Source: an uncultured Aestuariivirga sp. (GTDB lineage: Bacteria > Pseudomonadota > Alphaproteobacteria > Rhizobiales > Aestuariivirgaceae). Taken from it: a stretch of DNA of 64,000 nucleotides. Position 1 is the stretch's first letter. Every line of letters begins with the position of its first letter. A program made the position numbers and the translations under genes. The stretch lies in the NCBI GenBank assembly GCA_964408555.1, contig CAYOZR010000001.1, positions 1,416 to 65,415 of the forward strand, read 5' to 3'. Under the pieces are notes generated by a model. That model saw nothing but the letters and a program-made list of their open reading frames with translations. It did no database searches and was not told the DNA's origin. Shown here in pieces: positions 8,214 through 19,100 of this stretch.

Positions 8214-10808
8214 ATGCGGAGTAATCCACAATTTGATCAACAGGAACAGGAACGACTTCGCCGTCTGGGCCAGTATCATATATCGCGAACGCCGCCAGAA
8301 GCGGCATTTGATGACATCGTAAGATTGGTGGCGGAGTTGTTCGGCGCTCCGATGGCATTTCTTTGCATGACTGAGGCGGAGTGCAATTGGTTCAAAGCCA
8401 GAATCGGAATTGATCTTGACGAAGTTCCACGCGCAATCAGCTTCTGTGACCATACCCTGAAGAGTGAAGGCGTTATGGTTGTTCCAGATGCAACCTTGGA
8501 CGCGCGGTTTGCGGGCAGCCCGATGGTGACGGGACCGCATCATATCCGGTCTTATGCCGGTGTTACTCTTAGAGATATTGATGGCTTTGCCCTAGGTACT
8601 CTCGCTGTCGCCGACGTTGTGCCACGCCGGATCACAGAGCAACAGCAGATTTTGCTTAAAAGGCTGGCAAGCATCGCTGAAGACCGAATGGAACTTCGAA
8701 GAGCTCATATTGAGCTTCGGGAGACTGCGGCCATTACGGAACTGGCACGACAAAATACTATTGTGGACCATGCCGAAATCCGGCAGCTGATAGAATATCT
8801 GCCGCAAGCCATTGTTCTTGTAGACGCACAGAACAATCTTGTCCTGTGGAATAAAAACTATGAGAAAATGTTTCCTCATTTAGCCGAGCATTTCAAGCCG
8901 GGAGTCAGTGTTGAAGCTATTCACCGCGAGTTCCTCCAGAATGAACTTTACCACGAGAAGATGAGCGCGGAGGAAGAAGACGAGTGGTTGAGGAATCGAA
9001 TGAATCGCCTCAACCAGGGCGGCACGATTGTCGAACAGAATTACGGCGATCGGCGTTGGATTCGTTACGATCAGCACCTGACTCCCGATGGGAAAAAAAT
9101 CTTCGTGAGAACCGATATCACCGACGATAAGAATGCTAGCGACTCCTTCCGCTTGCTCTTCGAGAACAACCCGGTTCCGATGTGGGTCGTTGAAAAATCA
9201 AGTCACAGATATATCGACGTCAATTCCGCTGCTCTCGAACACTATGGCTATACGCGCGACGAGTTTCTGAAGATGACTTTGTTAGATATACGACCTCCGA
9301 GCGAGTATCAGAGAATATTAGACGACGCGAGGAACAATTTTGGTGTGGACAGTGGCGAACAGGATTGGACGCATCTCAAGGCCGACGGTACCGAGATTCT
9401 GGTGAGTACCTATGCCAAACCTATCAGATACAATAACAGGGACGCGGCAATTGTTTCGGTCATTGATGTCACTGAGCGCAGGAAACACGATGCACGTATT
9501 CAATACCTCGTAGAACATGATGCGCTAACTGGCCTCCCCAATCGAAGATTTTTCCTTGAATTTTTAGAGGGTTCGGTCGCCCAAAAGACGCAGAACCATT
9601 ATTATACAGCGATTATTCTCCTAGATATTGATGACTTCAAGAGCGTCAATGACACTCTGGGACATCAAGTGGGTGACAACCTCATTGTTGGGGTGGCTAA
9701 TAGACTGGAAGAGTGCATTGGTGATCGGGGGATTGTTGCTCGGCTGAGTGGCGATGAGTTTGTGATACTCCTTCGAATGCTTACCAAACCAGACGACGCT
9801 CATGCTGTTGCGATTGAATTGATCGATGCATTCAGCAATCCTGTCGCGATCGGTGATCAGCACATTCTGGTCGGAGTAAGTGCTGGGGTGAGTTTTAGCT
9901 TAAGTGATTCTGTTGAGGCCTCGACCTTGCTGACTAACGCCGACCTGGCTCTATATAAAGCAAAATCGGATGGCGGCGGCGTATGCAGGATTTATGAACC
10001 TCAAATGTCGCTTCAGATGATAGTGCGTCGTGAGATGGAGCAGGATCTTCGGCAAGCTTTGATCAGGAACCAGCTGGTGATTCTCTATCAGCCGCTGTTG
10101 GAACTGGATCGCTGCGTGGAAGTTGGCTTTGAGGCACTCTTGCGTTGGAACCATCCTGAAAAAGGCGTGATACCACCATCGGCCTTTATCCCAATTGCAG
10201 AATCCAGCGGGATGATTGTCCCGATTGGAAACTGGGTGCTGGAACAATCTTGTCTGTTGGCGGCCACTTGGCAGAAGCATCTCTCAATCGCGGTAAATAT
10301 ATCTCCTGTCCAGTTCAAATCCGGCAAACTGGTCGATGCGGTCGCTGCCGCACTCAGAAAGTCTGGCCTTGCCGCCCACAGGCTTGAACTGGAGATCACA
10401 GAGTCAAGTCTGTTGGAAAAATCTTCCGAAACGTTCGATGTTTTGAAGGACCTGAAAGACCTTGGCGTGTCCATTGCTTTGGATGACTTTGGCACCGGGT
10501 ATTCAGGGTTGGGGTACCTGAATAGTTTTCCAATTGACAAGATCAAGATTGACCGATCCTTCGTCAGGGATCTTGGAATTAAGCCAAAGTCAGCAGAATT
10601 AATCCGGGCGGCAATCAATATTGGTCAAAGTTTGGGACTAACGACACTGGCTGAGGGCATCGAGACAAAGGAACAGCTTGAGATCCTGCGCGCACTAGGA
10701 TGCCAACAAGGTCAAGGATTTCTCTTCAGCCGGGCAATTCCCGCGAGCGAGATTGCTGGTGCACTTAAGTTCAAAGGGAATTTGGATTCAGAGAGATCGA
10801 TCGCTTGA
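8214..10808 (+). CDS. GAF-PAS-PAS-GGDEF-EAL diguanylate cyclase/phosphodiesterase
   Basis: GAF (ISFCDHT, PHHIRSYAG), PAS domains, HDALTGLPNR, SGDEF, EALLRW, LDDFGTGYS; lower GC than flanks; GAGGG SD before ATG 8214. Confidence 0.93.
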   Translation: MRSNPQFDQQEQERLRRLGQYHISRTPPEAAFDDIVRLVAELFGAPMAFLCMTEAECNWFKARIGIDLDEVPRAISFCDHTLKSEGVMVVPDATLDARFAGSPMVTGPHHIRSYAGVTLRDIDGFALGTLAVADVVPRRITEQQQILLKRLASIAEDRMELRRAHIELRETAAITELARQNTIVDHAEIRQLIEYLPQAIVLVDAQNNLVLWNKNYEKMFPHLAEHFKPGVSVEAIHREFLQNELYHEKMSAEEEDEWLRNRMNRLNQGGTIVEQNYGDRRWIRYDQHLTPDGKKIFVRTDITDDKNASDSFRLLFENNPVPMWVVEKSSHRYIDVNSAALEHYGYTRDEFLKMTLLDIRPPSEYQRILDDARNNFGVDSGEQDWTHLKADGTEILVSTYAKPIRYNNRDAAIVSVIDVTERRKHDARIQYLVEHDALTGLPNRRFFLEFLEGSVAQKTQNHYYTAIILLDIDDFKSVNDTLGHQVGDNLIVGVANRLEECIGDRGIVARLSGDEFVILLRMLTKPDDAHAVAIELIDAFSNPVAIGDQHILVGVSAGVSFSLSDSVEASTLLTNADLALYKAKSDGGGVCRIYEPQMSLQMIVRREMEQDLRQALIRNQLVILYQPLLELDRCVEVGFEALLRWNHPEKGVIPPSAFIPIAESSGMIVPIGNWVLEQSCLLAATWQKHLSIAVNISPVQFKSGKLVDAVAAALRKSGLAAHRLELEITESSLLEKSSETFDVLKDLKDLGVSIALDDFGTGYSGLGYLNSFPIDKIKIDRSFVRDLGIKPKSAELIRAAINIGQSLGLTTLAEGIETKEQLEILRALGCQQGQGFLFSRAIPASEIAGALKFKGNLDSERSIA

Positions 10809-10881
10809 CGTGTAGAACCACGGCCTGCAAACCCGTCCAAGAATGAGAAGAACCCGCCCTTGGCTTGTGGATACTAGATTC

Positions 10882-10910
10882 TCATCCTGAGCAGCGAGCC
10901 TCGAAGCATG
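10882..10910. repeat. Degenerate rhizobial REP/RIME-like half element
   Basis: TCATCCTGAGCAGCGAGCCTCGAAGCATG resembles the CATCCTGAGG...TCTCGAAGGATG family. Confidence 0.45.
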
Positions 10911-10938
10911 GCCGCGCGAAAGGTTTTTCAGCAGCTTG

Positions 10939-11718
10939 TCAGGCAATCCGCCGCGCCGGTCCCCGGGCGGCGGCGGCGTGCTTGCGCACCGCATCGCCGA
11001 AGGCCGCGAAGAGCTTCACCGAATCGGGATTGTCGCGGGCCTTGTATTCGGGGTGCCACTGGGTGCCGAAGGCGAAGCTCTTGGCGCCCTTGACGGAGAC
11101 CGCCTCGATCACTCCGTCGGGTGCCGTGGCCTCGACAATAAGTCCCGGCGCCAGCTTCTTGATGCCCTGACGGTGGACGGAATTGATCATGGTCTGGCGC
11201 TTGCCGAGAATGCGCTCGAGCATGCCGCCCGGGGTTATGGCGATCGCATGGCGGGGGCTGTAGCGCAGGTCGGTGTCGTCGGACTTGGCGGCGCGGTGGT
11301 CGAGCCTGCCTTCGCCGCGCTGCAATTCGGTCTCGAGGCTGCCGCCCATCGCCACATTCAGCTCCTGAAAGCCGCGGCAGATGCAGAACAGCGGTATGCC
11401 GCGCTCAATGACCGCCCCGATCAGCTTGAGCGTGATGGCGTCGCGGGCGTGGTCGTAGGGCTCGTGATCGGCGGTAGGCTGCTCGCCGTAATGGGGCGGA
11501 TGCACGTTGGAGACGGCACCGGTTATCAGGATGCCGTCGAAATGATCGAGCAACGGCTCGAGATGCAGGGCATCGATCATGGCGGGGATCATCACCGGGG
11601 TGCATTGGGCCACCTCGGCGACGGCGCGGACATATTTGTCGCCGAGCGAATGAAACAGCAGCCCGTGATTTTCATAAGTGTCGGCGGGCAGGCCCACGAG
11701 GGGCGAACGGGCAGTCAT
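10939..11718 (-). CDS. Gamma-glutamyl-gamma-aminobutyrate hydrolase family (peptidase C26, PuuD-like)
   Basis: ICRGFQELNVA, NSVHRQG, QWHPE glutamine amidotransferase motifs. Confidence 0.9.
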   Translation of the reverse strand: MTARSPLVGLPADTYENHGLLFHSLGDKYVRAVAEVAQCTPVMIPAMIDALHLEPLLDHFDGILITGAVSNVHPPHYGEQPTADHEPYDHARDAITLKLIGAVIERGIPLFCICRGFQELNVAMGGSLETELQRGEGRLDHRAAKSDDTDLRYSPRHAIAITPGGMLERILGKRQTMINSVHRQGIKKLAPGLIVEATAPDGVIEAVSVKGAKSFAFGTQWHPEYKARDNPDSVKLFAAFGDAVRKHAAAARGPARRIA

Positions 11719-11787
11719 CGGCAAGGCCTTGTGATTGACGGCAACTGGCGTCTAGATAGCGCAAAGCCCTTAAGGAAGTCCAATTTC

Positions 11788-12564
11788 ATGGCCCCCGTGA
11801 CCCCCGCCCATGACCTGTTCGATCTCACCGGCGAAGTGGCGCTGGTGACCGGGGCCTCCTCCGGCCTCGGCGCCCGTTTTGCCGAGGTGCTGGCGGCCCA
11901 TGGCGCAAGAGTGGTGCTGGCGGCCCGGCGCAAGGACCGGATTTCCGCCCTGGCGGAGAGGATCGGCAAAGCCCACGCGCTGGCGCTCGATGTCATGCAG
12001 CCCGAGACCTTCCCCGCCGCGTTCGACGAAGCCGAAGGCGTGTTCGGCCCGGTGACATTGCTCATCAACAATGCCGGGGTCGCCGACGACGGCAAGTTCC
12101 TCGATACCGGCGCGGCCGAATGGCAGCGGGTGCGGCGGACCAATGTCGATGCGGTCTGGCACCTGTCGCAGCTTTTCGCCAAACGGCTGATCGCTTCGGG
12201 CAAGGAAGGCGCGATCATCAATATCGCCTCGATCCTCAGCTACCGGGTGACGCCGGGGTCTGCCGCCTATTGCGTCAGCAAGGCGGCGGTCTTGCAGATG
12301 ACCAATGCCCTGGCGCAGGAACTCGCCCGCCACAAAATCAGGGTCAATGCCATAGCACCCGGCTATATCGTCACTGAAATGACGCAAGACTTTCTCGACA
12401 GCGCCGCCTCGGAGGAAATGCGCAAGCGCATCCCGCAGCGCCGCGTCGGCGAGCCATCCGATCTCGACGGCGCGCTGCTGCTGCTGGCCGCGAAACGGGC
12501 CTCCGGATTCATGACCGGTTCGACAATCGTGGCCGATGGCGGCCACATGACTGCATTCTGGTAG
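11788..12564 (+). CDS. SDR family oxidoreductase
   Basis: TGASSGLG, NNAG, YCVSK, NAIAPG. Confidence 0.93.
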   Translation: MAPVTPAHDLFDLTGEVALVTGASSGLGARFAEVLAAHGARVVLAARRKDRISALAERIGKAHALALDVMQPETFPAAFDEAEGVFGPVTLLINNAGVADDGKFLDTGAAEWQRVRRTNVDAVWHLSQLFAKRLIASGKEGAIINIASILSYRVTPGSAAYCVSKAAVLQMTNALAQELARHKIRVNAIAPGYIVTEMTQDFLDSAASEEMRKRIPQRRVGEPSDLDGALLLLAAKRASGFMTGSTIVADGGHMTAFW

Positions 12565-12570
12565 GTGTCC

Positions 12571-13773
12571 ATGGACTTTTCCTTGCCGCCCGAAATCGAA
12601 GCCCTGCGCCTCAAGGTGCGGGAGTTCATCGCCGCCGAGGTTCTGCCACTCGAGGCGCGTCAGGACACCTATGACGCCTATGAGAACATCGATCTGGCGG
12701 TTCTCGATCGGCTGCGCGCCAAGGCCAAGGCGGCGGGCCTGTGGGCGCCGCAGATGCCGAAGGCGCGCGGCGGGCTCGGCCTCACGATGACCGGCCGGGC
12801 GGTCATCTACGAGGAAGCGAGCCGTTCGATCTTCGGTCCGCCCGCGTTCAATTGCGCCGCCCCCGACGACGGCAACATGACGGTGCTCGACAAGGTCCTG
12901 AAGAGCGAGGCGGAGAAGGACGAGTGGCTGCAACCAATAATCGACGGCAAGCTGCGATCGTCCTTCGTGATGACCGAGCCGCATCCCGGCTCCGGCTCCG
13001 ATCCCGGCGGCATGATGCTGACGCGGGCCGAGAAGCGTTCCGGCAAATATGTCGTACACGGACGAAAATGGTTCATCTCGGGCGCTGCGGCGGCTGCGCA
13101 TTTCATCCTGGTGGCGCGCACCTCGGACGATCCGCGCCGCGGCCTTTCCGCCTTCCTCTATCGCAAGGACCAGCCGGGCTGGCGCATTGTGCGGCGTATC
13201 CCAATCATGGCGCCGGAGGAACATGGCGGCGTGTGCGAACTGGAATTCGACGGGCTCGAAATTCCCGAGGCGCACCGCCTTCTCGAGGAGGGCGACGGCT
13301 TGCGCTTGACCCAGATGCGGCTCGGACCCGCCCGCCTCACCCATTGCATGCGCTGGCTGGGGCTCGCCAAGCGCTCGCTCGAAATCGCCCAAAGCTATGT
13401 GAAGGAGCGCCAGGCCTTCGGCGCGGCGCTGGCGGCGCGCGAGAGCGTGCAGATGATGCTGGGCGAGGTGGCGGCGGAAATCGAGAAGGGCCGGCTCCTC
13501 GTGATGCACGCCGCCTGGAAGCTCGACCGCGGCGAGAAGGCGCAAGCCGAAACCTCGATGGCCAAGATTCACGTGGCCGACGTTCTGCACAAGGCGGCCG
13601 ACGTGAGCATCCAGCTCTGCGGCGCCAAGGGCTATTCGAAGGACACGGTGCTCGGCTGGATCTACCGTTATGCCCGCTGCGCCCGCCTGGTCGACGGCGC
13701 CTCGGAGGTCCACAAGATGGTGTTGGCTCGCGCCTATGGCAAGGCGGGCAACGATTTCTGGCGCTGGGATTAG
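12571..13773 (+). CDS. Acyl-CoA dehydrogenase family protein
   Basis: FNCAAPDDGNM, MTEP..GSD, GRKWFISGA, LVDGASEVH. Confidence 0.93.
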   Translation: MDFSLPPEIEALRLKVREFIAAEVLPLEARQDTYDAYENIDLAVLDRLRAKAKAAGLWAPQMPKARGGLGLTMTGRAVIYEEASRSIFGPPAFNCAAPDDGNMTVLDKVLKSEAEKDEWLQPIIDGKLRSSFVMTEPHPGSGSDPGGMMLTRAEKRSGKYVVHGRKWFISGAAAAAHFILVARTSDDPRRGLSAFLYRKDQPGWRIVRRIPIMAPEEHGGVCELEFDGLEIPEAHRLLEEGDGLRLTQMRLGPARLTHCMRWLGLAKRSLEIAQSYVKERQAFGAALAARESVQMMLGEVAAEIEKGRLLVMHAAWKLDRGEKAQAETSMAKIHVADVLHKAADVSIQLCGAKGYSKDTVLGWIYRYARCARLVDGASEVHKMVLARAYGKAGNDFWRWD

Positions 13774-15035
13774 GCCGTCAGTTTCCAGATCAGTCCGAGG
13801 GCGGCGCAGACAGCGAGCGTCTTCGGGACACCGAGATGGAATCGCAGCAGCACGAGTGCCGCGACAAGCGTCAGTCCGGCGGCGCCCCAGTCGAGCGTCG
13901 CCCAATCGGGCCACCAGGGTTTGAAGACGCCGCCGATGCGCTCGACCTTGGCGAAGATCACGTGCAGGCCGAACCACAGCGAAAGATTGAGAATGACGCC
14001 GACCACGGCGGCGGTGATGGCGGCAAGCGCGCCCGCGAGGCGTGGGCTCTTGCCGATATGTTCGATGTAGGGGGCGCCGGCGAAGATCCACAAAAAGCAG
14101 GGAGCGAAGGTCATCCACAGCGTCACGATGGCGCCGGCGATGCCGCCCCAGATGCCGCCCATGGCGCGGAGTGCCGCGAGATAGCCGACGAATTGGGTGA
14201 CCAGAATGAGGGGCCCCGGTGTCGTCTCGGCCAGGGCGAGGCCATCGATCATCTCCGGCGCCTTGAGCCAGGCTTTGTCCTCGACGGCGGCCTGGGCCAT
14301 GTAGGCCAGCACCGCATAGGCGCCGCCGAAAGTGACGACGGCGAGCTTGGAGAAGAACACGCCGATCTGGGTGAGGACGTGATGGGGTCCGAGCAAGAGC
14401 ACCAGGAGTGCCAGCGGCGCGAGCCAGATGGCGGCCCAGACGGCGATGGTGGATGAAAGTGCGGCGAAAGTCGGCCGCGTCGTCGTGGCGGCGGCGGCCT
14501 CCTTCGAGCCGCGCAAGAATCCGGCAAGTGCGGCGGCGGCAATGATCAGCGGAAACGGCAGATCGAAACTATACAGCGCCAGAAAAGCCAGCGCCGCGAT
14601 CAGCCAGTCGGCATTGGTCTTGAGGGCGCGGCGGGCGACCCGCAACAGCGCCTCGATGACGATCACTAGCACCGCCGCCTTGACGCCGTAGAAGACCGCC
14701 GCGATCCACGGCAGATTGCCGAAGGCGCCATAAAGCATCGAGAGCGCCAGAATGACAAAGGCACCGGGCAGCACAAACAGCAGACCGGCGGTCAACCCGC
14801 CCTTGACGCCATGCAGTTTCCAGCCCGCATAGGTGGCAAGCTGCATGGCCTCCGGTCCCGGCAGCAGCATGCAGAAATTGAGGGCCGAGAGATATTGCGG
14901 CTCGCTCAGCCATTGCCGCTCTTCGACGATCTCCCGGTGCATGAGCGCGATCTGGCCCGCCGGGCCGCCGAAGGAGAGACAGCCGATGCGGGCCCAGAGG
15001 CGCGCGGCCTCGGCGAAACTTGGCGCCGCACTCAC
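13770..15035 (-). CDS. chrA: Chromate efflux transporter
   Basis: SFGGPAGQIA, LPGPEAMQ, TFGGAYAV, ETTPGP motifs of CHR family. Confidence 0.95.
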   Translation of the reverse strand: MSAAPSFAEAARLWARIGCLSFGGPAGQIALMHREIVEERQWLSEPQYLSALNFCMLLPGPEAMQLATYAGWKLHGVKGGLTAGLLFVLPGAFVILALSMLYGAFGNLPWIAAVFYGVKAAVLVIVIEALLRVARRALKTNADWLIAALAFLALYSFDLPFPLIIAAAALAGFLRGSKEAAAATTTRPTFAALSSTIAVWAAIWLAPLALLVLLLGPHHVLTQIGVFFSKLAVVTFGGAYAVLAYMAQAAVEDKAWLKAPEMIDGLALAETTPGPLILVTQFVGYLAALRAMGGIWGGIAGAIVTLWMTFAPCFLWIFAGAPYIEHIGKSPRLAGALAAITAAVVGVILNLSLWFGLHVIFAKVERIGGVFKPWWPDWATLDWGAAGLTLVAALVLLRFHLGVPKTLAVCAALGLIWKLTA

Positions 15036-15873
15036 GGCTTGACCTTATTGGTGGGCCAATTGTGGGTTTCATCGGTGGCATCGCGGCACCAGCGATAGAA
15101 GGCATCATAGAACGTCATGCCGGCCTCGAGCTGTTGCAGGTCGTCGGCGAACACGCGGGTACGGCGCTTCCGGGCCTCTGCGGCCTCTTGGCCGGCCCGC
15201 CGAGCAGGCCCGGCGCTTCCGGTGCCAGATCGAGCCGTGCCGTATCGGCACCGCGCACGATCACAGCAAGCCGCGCCAGCGCATCGCTGCCGAGGCCGAA
15301 TTCCTCGATCATGACATCGAAGGTGCATTTGTCGCCGCGATGGCTCCAAAAAGTGTCCTCGATATCGAAGGCGGTGGCGTTGAAACGGTCGGCCACCATG
15401 GCGACCTCCGAGGGTGCCACGAAAAGGAACACGGCATCGGCATCGGTGAAGCGGCGGATCAGCCAGGGGCAGGCGATGCGGTCGATCTTGGGCCTGGCCC
15501 GTGTCACCCACACGGTGCGCCCTTGCCCATCGCGCGGCGGGATTTTAGCGACCGGAACCAGCGGCAGGCCCGCCTTCTTCCAGCCCTCAAACCCATCTTC
15601 CAGCGATTGCGCCTCGGCCCCATGATGGCGCAGCCACGCCGCCGTGCCGTGGCTCAGCTTGGCGCCATGATGGCAGACGGCGACGACGCCGCGGCCGGCG
15701 AAGTCCTTCGCCCACTCGGCGGCATTTGCATGCGACCTTCGGATGGAGGCGGGAATGAGCCGGGGATCGGCATCGAAGTCTTCCCCGGTGCGGACATCGA
15801 CGATGACCGGCACCGCCGGAGTGCCGATGAGACGGATAAGCTTGTCAGGAGAAATCATATTCGGTGCGGACAT
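15032..15873 (-). pseudogene. chrB: ChrB chromate-resistance protein (rhodanese + ChrB C-terminal), frameshifted
   Basis: WVTRARPKIDRIACPWLIRRF in one frame; C-terminus DDLQQLEAGMTFYDAFYRWCRDATDETHNWP in another; 44-nt anomalous segment at 15158-15201. Confidence 0.85.
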
Positions 15874-15947
15874 GTTGCGCCCTCTATTGAAGTTACAGGA
15901 CGCGATTCTTGGGCATGCCGCCTGGTGGGGAGATCGCTTCCCCATGA
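15874..15947 (-). ncRNA. Structured chrB leader (possible chrB-a/chrB-b RNA motif)
   Basis: Minus strand GGGGA-AGCGATC-TCCCC hairpin and GCGTCCT...AGGGCGC pairing that covers the SD; directly upstream of chrB. Confidence 0.5.
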
Positions 15948-16004
15948 ATTTATGGTGGTCGAAGGCGGCGGTTCTGTCAAGGATCGCCCGGTACTCCATC
16001 ATTG

Positions 16005-16100
16005 GTCATTGCCGGGCTTGTCCCGGCAACCCATCTTGCAGAAAATTCAGGCGTTCGAAGTTGTGGATTGATGGGTCCCCGGGACAAGCCCGGGGATGAC
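16005..16100. repeat. REP/RIME-type palindromic repeat
   Basis: GTCATTGCCGGGCTTGTCCCGGCAACCCATC ... GATGGGTCCCCGGGACAAGCCCGGGGATGAC inverted arms typical of alphaproteobacterial REPs. Confidence 0.8.
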
Positions 16101-16155
16101 AGCAATGGGGGCGGGAAGATTGAACTTACCGATCGGTATTGCCATGCTCCCGCAC

Positions 16156-19100
16156 ATGCTAGAAAAGCCCGCCATGGCCAAGACCGTCCACAGCCTTGCC
16201 GACAAATACGATCTCGCCAAGACGCGGGTGTTTCTCACCGGGCCGCAGGCGATCGTGCGGCTCGCCCTCATGCAGGCGGAGCGCGACCGCCAGTCGGGTC
16301 TTAATACGGCGGGCTATGTGACGGGCTATCGCGGCTCGCCGGTCGGCACCGTCGATAACCAGTTCATGGGCGCCCGCGCCCTGCTCGAGCCGCGCCACAT
16401 CAAGTTCGAGGCGGGGCTCAACGAGGACCTCGCCGCCACCGCCCTGTGGGGCAGCCAGCAGGCCGAGATGCGCGGCGAAGGTAAATTCGATGGCGTGTTC
16501 GGCATCTGGTACGGCAAGGGGCCGGGGGTCGACCGGTCCGGCGATGTCTTCCGCCATGCCAACATGGCGGGCTCGTCCAGGCATGGCGGCGTCCTGGTGC
16601 TGGCCGGCGACGATCACAGCGCCGAATCCTCCACCGTGGCGCACGCCAGCGACGTGGCGCTCAGCGATGCGATGTTCCCGGTCTTGACCCCGGCGGGGGT
16701 TCAGGAAATCATCGACTACGGGCTCATCGGCTTTGCCCTGTCGCGCTACGCGGGCGTGTGGGCCGGGCTCAAATGCGTGCATGACACGGTCGAATCGGCG
16801 GCGGTGGTGGAGACGGCCCCCGAGCGCGGCAGGACTGTCATTCCACGCGATCACAAGCTGCCGGCGGACGGCCTCAATATCCGTCCCAGCGACGACCGCG
16901 TGGTGCAGGAAGAGCGCCTGCATGCCCAGAAAATTCCGGCGGTGCTCGCCTTTGCCCGCGCCAACAGCCTCAACGCCGTCGTCATGCAGGGCGGGAAAAG
17001 CGCCAGGATCGGCATCGTGGCGGCGGGCAAGAGCTATCTCGACGTGCGTCAGGCGCTCGACGATCTTGGGCTAGACGAGGCGGCGGCGGCGCGCATCGGC
17101 GTCAGGCTGCTCAAGATCGGCATGGTCTGGCCGCTCGAACCTGAAATCGTCCGCGACTTCGCGCGTGGCCTCGACACCATCATGGTGGTCGAGGAAAAGC
17201 GCTCGCTGATCGAGGCGCAATTGCGCGACGTGCTGTATGGCGAGAAGCACCGGCCCGTCGTCATCGGCAAGACGGACGAGAGTGGCAATCCGCTATTTCC
17301 CGCCTTTGGCGTGCTGGAGCCCAATCGGATCGCCGCGGCGCTGGGCTCGCGCATCAAGGATCGCGCGGTCAAGGCCTGCGCCTCGGCCCTGCAATCGCGG
17401 GGGACAACGGCGCGCAATCAGGCCGATCTGGTGCAGCGGGTGCCCTATTTCTGCGCCGGCTGTCCGCATAATTCCTCAACCGTGCTGCCGGAGGGTGCCC
17501 GCGGCTATGCCGGCATCGGCTGCCACTGGCTCGCCCAATTCGTTCCCGGCCGCAAGACCGAAGGGGCGACGCAAATGGGCGGCGAGGGCGCCAACTGGGT
17601 GGGCGAGGCGCCGTTCTCGAAGCGCAGCCACGTATTCCAGAACATCGGCGACGGCACCTACAATCACTCAGGCCTCATGGCGATCCGCCATGCCGTCAAT
17701 TCCGGCGTCAACATCACCTACAAGATCCTGTTCAACGACGCGGTGGCGATGACCGGCGGCCAGAGCAATGACGGTGGCCTGACCGTGCCGCAGATCGCCC
17801 AGCAGATGCGGTCGATAGGTGTCGAGCGCATCGCGGTCGTCTCCGACGAGCCCGACAAGTATCCGGCGGATGCCGGCTTTCCGCGGTTCGTGAGCTTCCA
17901 CCACCGCGACGAATTGCAGGCGGTGCAGACCGGGATGATGGGCGTCAGCGGCGCCAGCGTCATCATCTACGACCAGACCTGCGCGGCGGAAAAGCGGCGG
18001 CGGCGGCGCAAGGGCAGCTTCCCCGATCCCAACCGCCGCGTCTTCATCAACGAGCTGGTCTGCGAAGGCTGCGGCGATTGCGGCGTGCAATCGAACTGCG
18101 TGGCGATCATGCCGGTCGAGACCGAATTCGGCCGCAAGCGCCAGATCGACCAGTCGGTGTGCAACAAGGATTTCTCCTGCCTCAAGGGCTTCTGCCCGAG
18201 TTTCGTGACGGTGGAGGGCGGCGAACTGGTCATGCCCGTGGCGGCCCCGGCGATTGATGCCGAGACGGTTCCCTTCCCGGTGCTGGCGGAGCCGGAGCTT
18301 CCGGCGCTGACGCGGCCGTGGTCCATCCTGGTCACTGGCATCGGCGGCACCGGCGTCGTCACCATCGGCCATATTCTGGGCCAGGCGGCGCATATCGAGG
18401 GCAAGGGTGCGGCGTTGATCGACATGGTCGGCATTTCGCAGAAGAACGGCGCGGTCGTCACCCATGTGAAGATCGCAGGCCGGCCCGAAGACATTGCCGC
18501 CGTGCGGGTGGCGCAGGGCGGGGCGGATTTGATTCTCGGCTGCGATCTGGTCACCTCGGCGTCGGAACGCATTCTGGCGGGTGCTTCGCGCCAGCGCACC
18601 CACGCGGTCATTAACGAGCACGAGTCGATGCCGGCGCAGTTCACCCACAATGCCGATTTCAACCTGCCGGGCGAGCGCCTGGCCCTGCGGATCGCCGCGT
18701 CGGTGCGCGAGGACGGCTTCCATGCCGTCGATGCCACCGGGATCGCCAAGGCGCTCACCGGCGATTCGATCGCCGCCAATCTCTTCACCCTGGGTTATGC
18801 CTGGCAGAAGGGGCTGGTGCCGATCGGTGCCGCCGCTATCGAAGAGGCGGTGCGGCTCAATGGCGTTGCGGTGAAGATGAATCTGCAGGCCTTCCTGTGG
18901 GGTCGCCGCGCCGCCGCCGATGAAAAGGCGGTACGTGCCGTTATCGGCGCCAAGGCCTCGCCGCCGCCGCCATCGCTCGATGACGTCATCGCCCGGCGCG
19001 TTGCCTTTCTAACCGGCTACCAGAATGCCGCCTATGCCCGGTCCTATGCGGATGTCGTCGCCACGGTGCGCGCCGCCGAGGCCGCATTGCCGGGCAAGCG

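Noticed and set aside
11770-14456. Long alternative ORFs (782 aa minus, 571 aa plus) and many similar overlapping ORFs elsewhere
   Set aside because: Shadow frames of high-GC genes; Arg/Ala/Gly-rich with no motifs and overlapping well-supported CDSs
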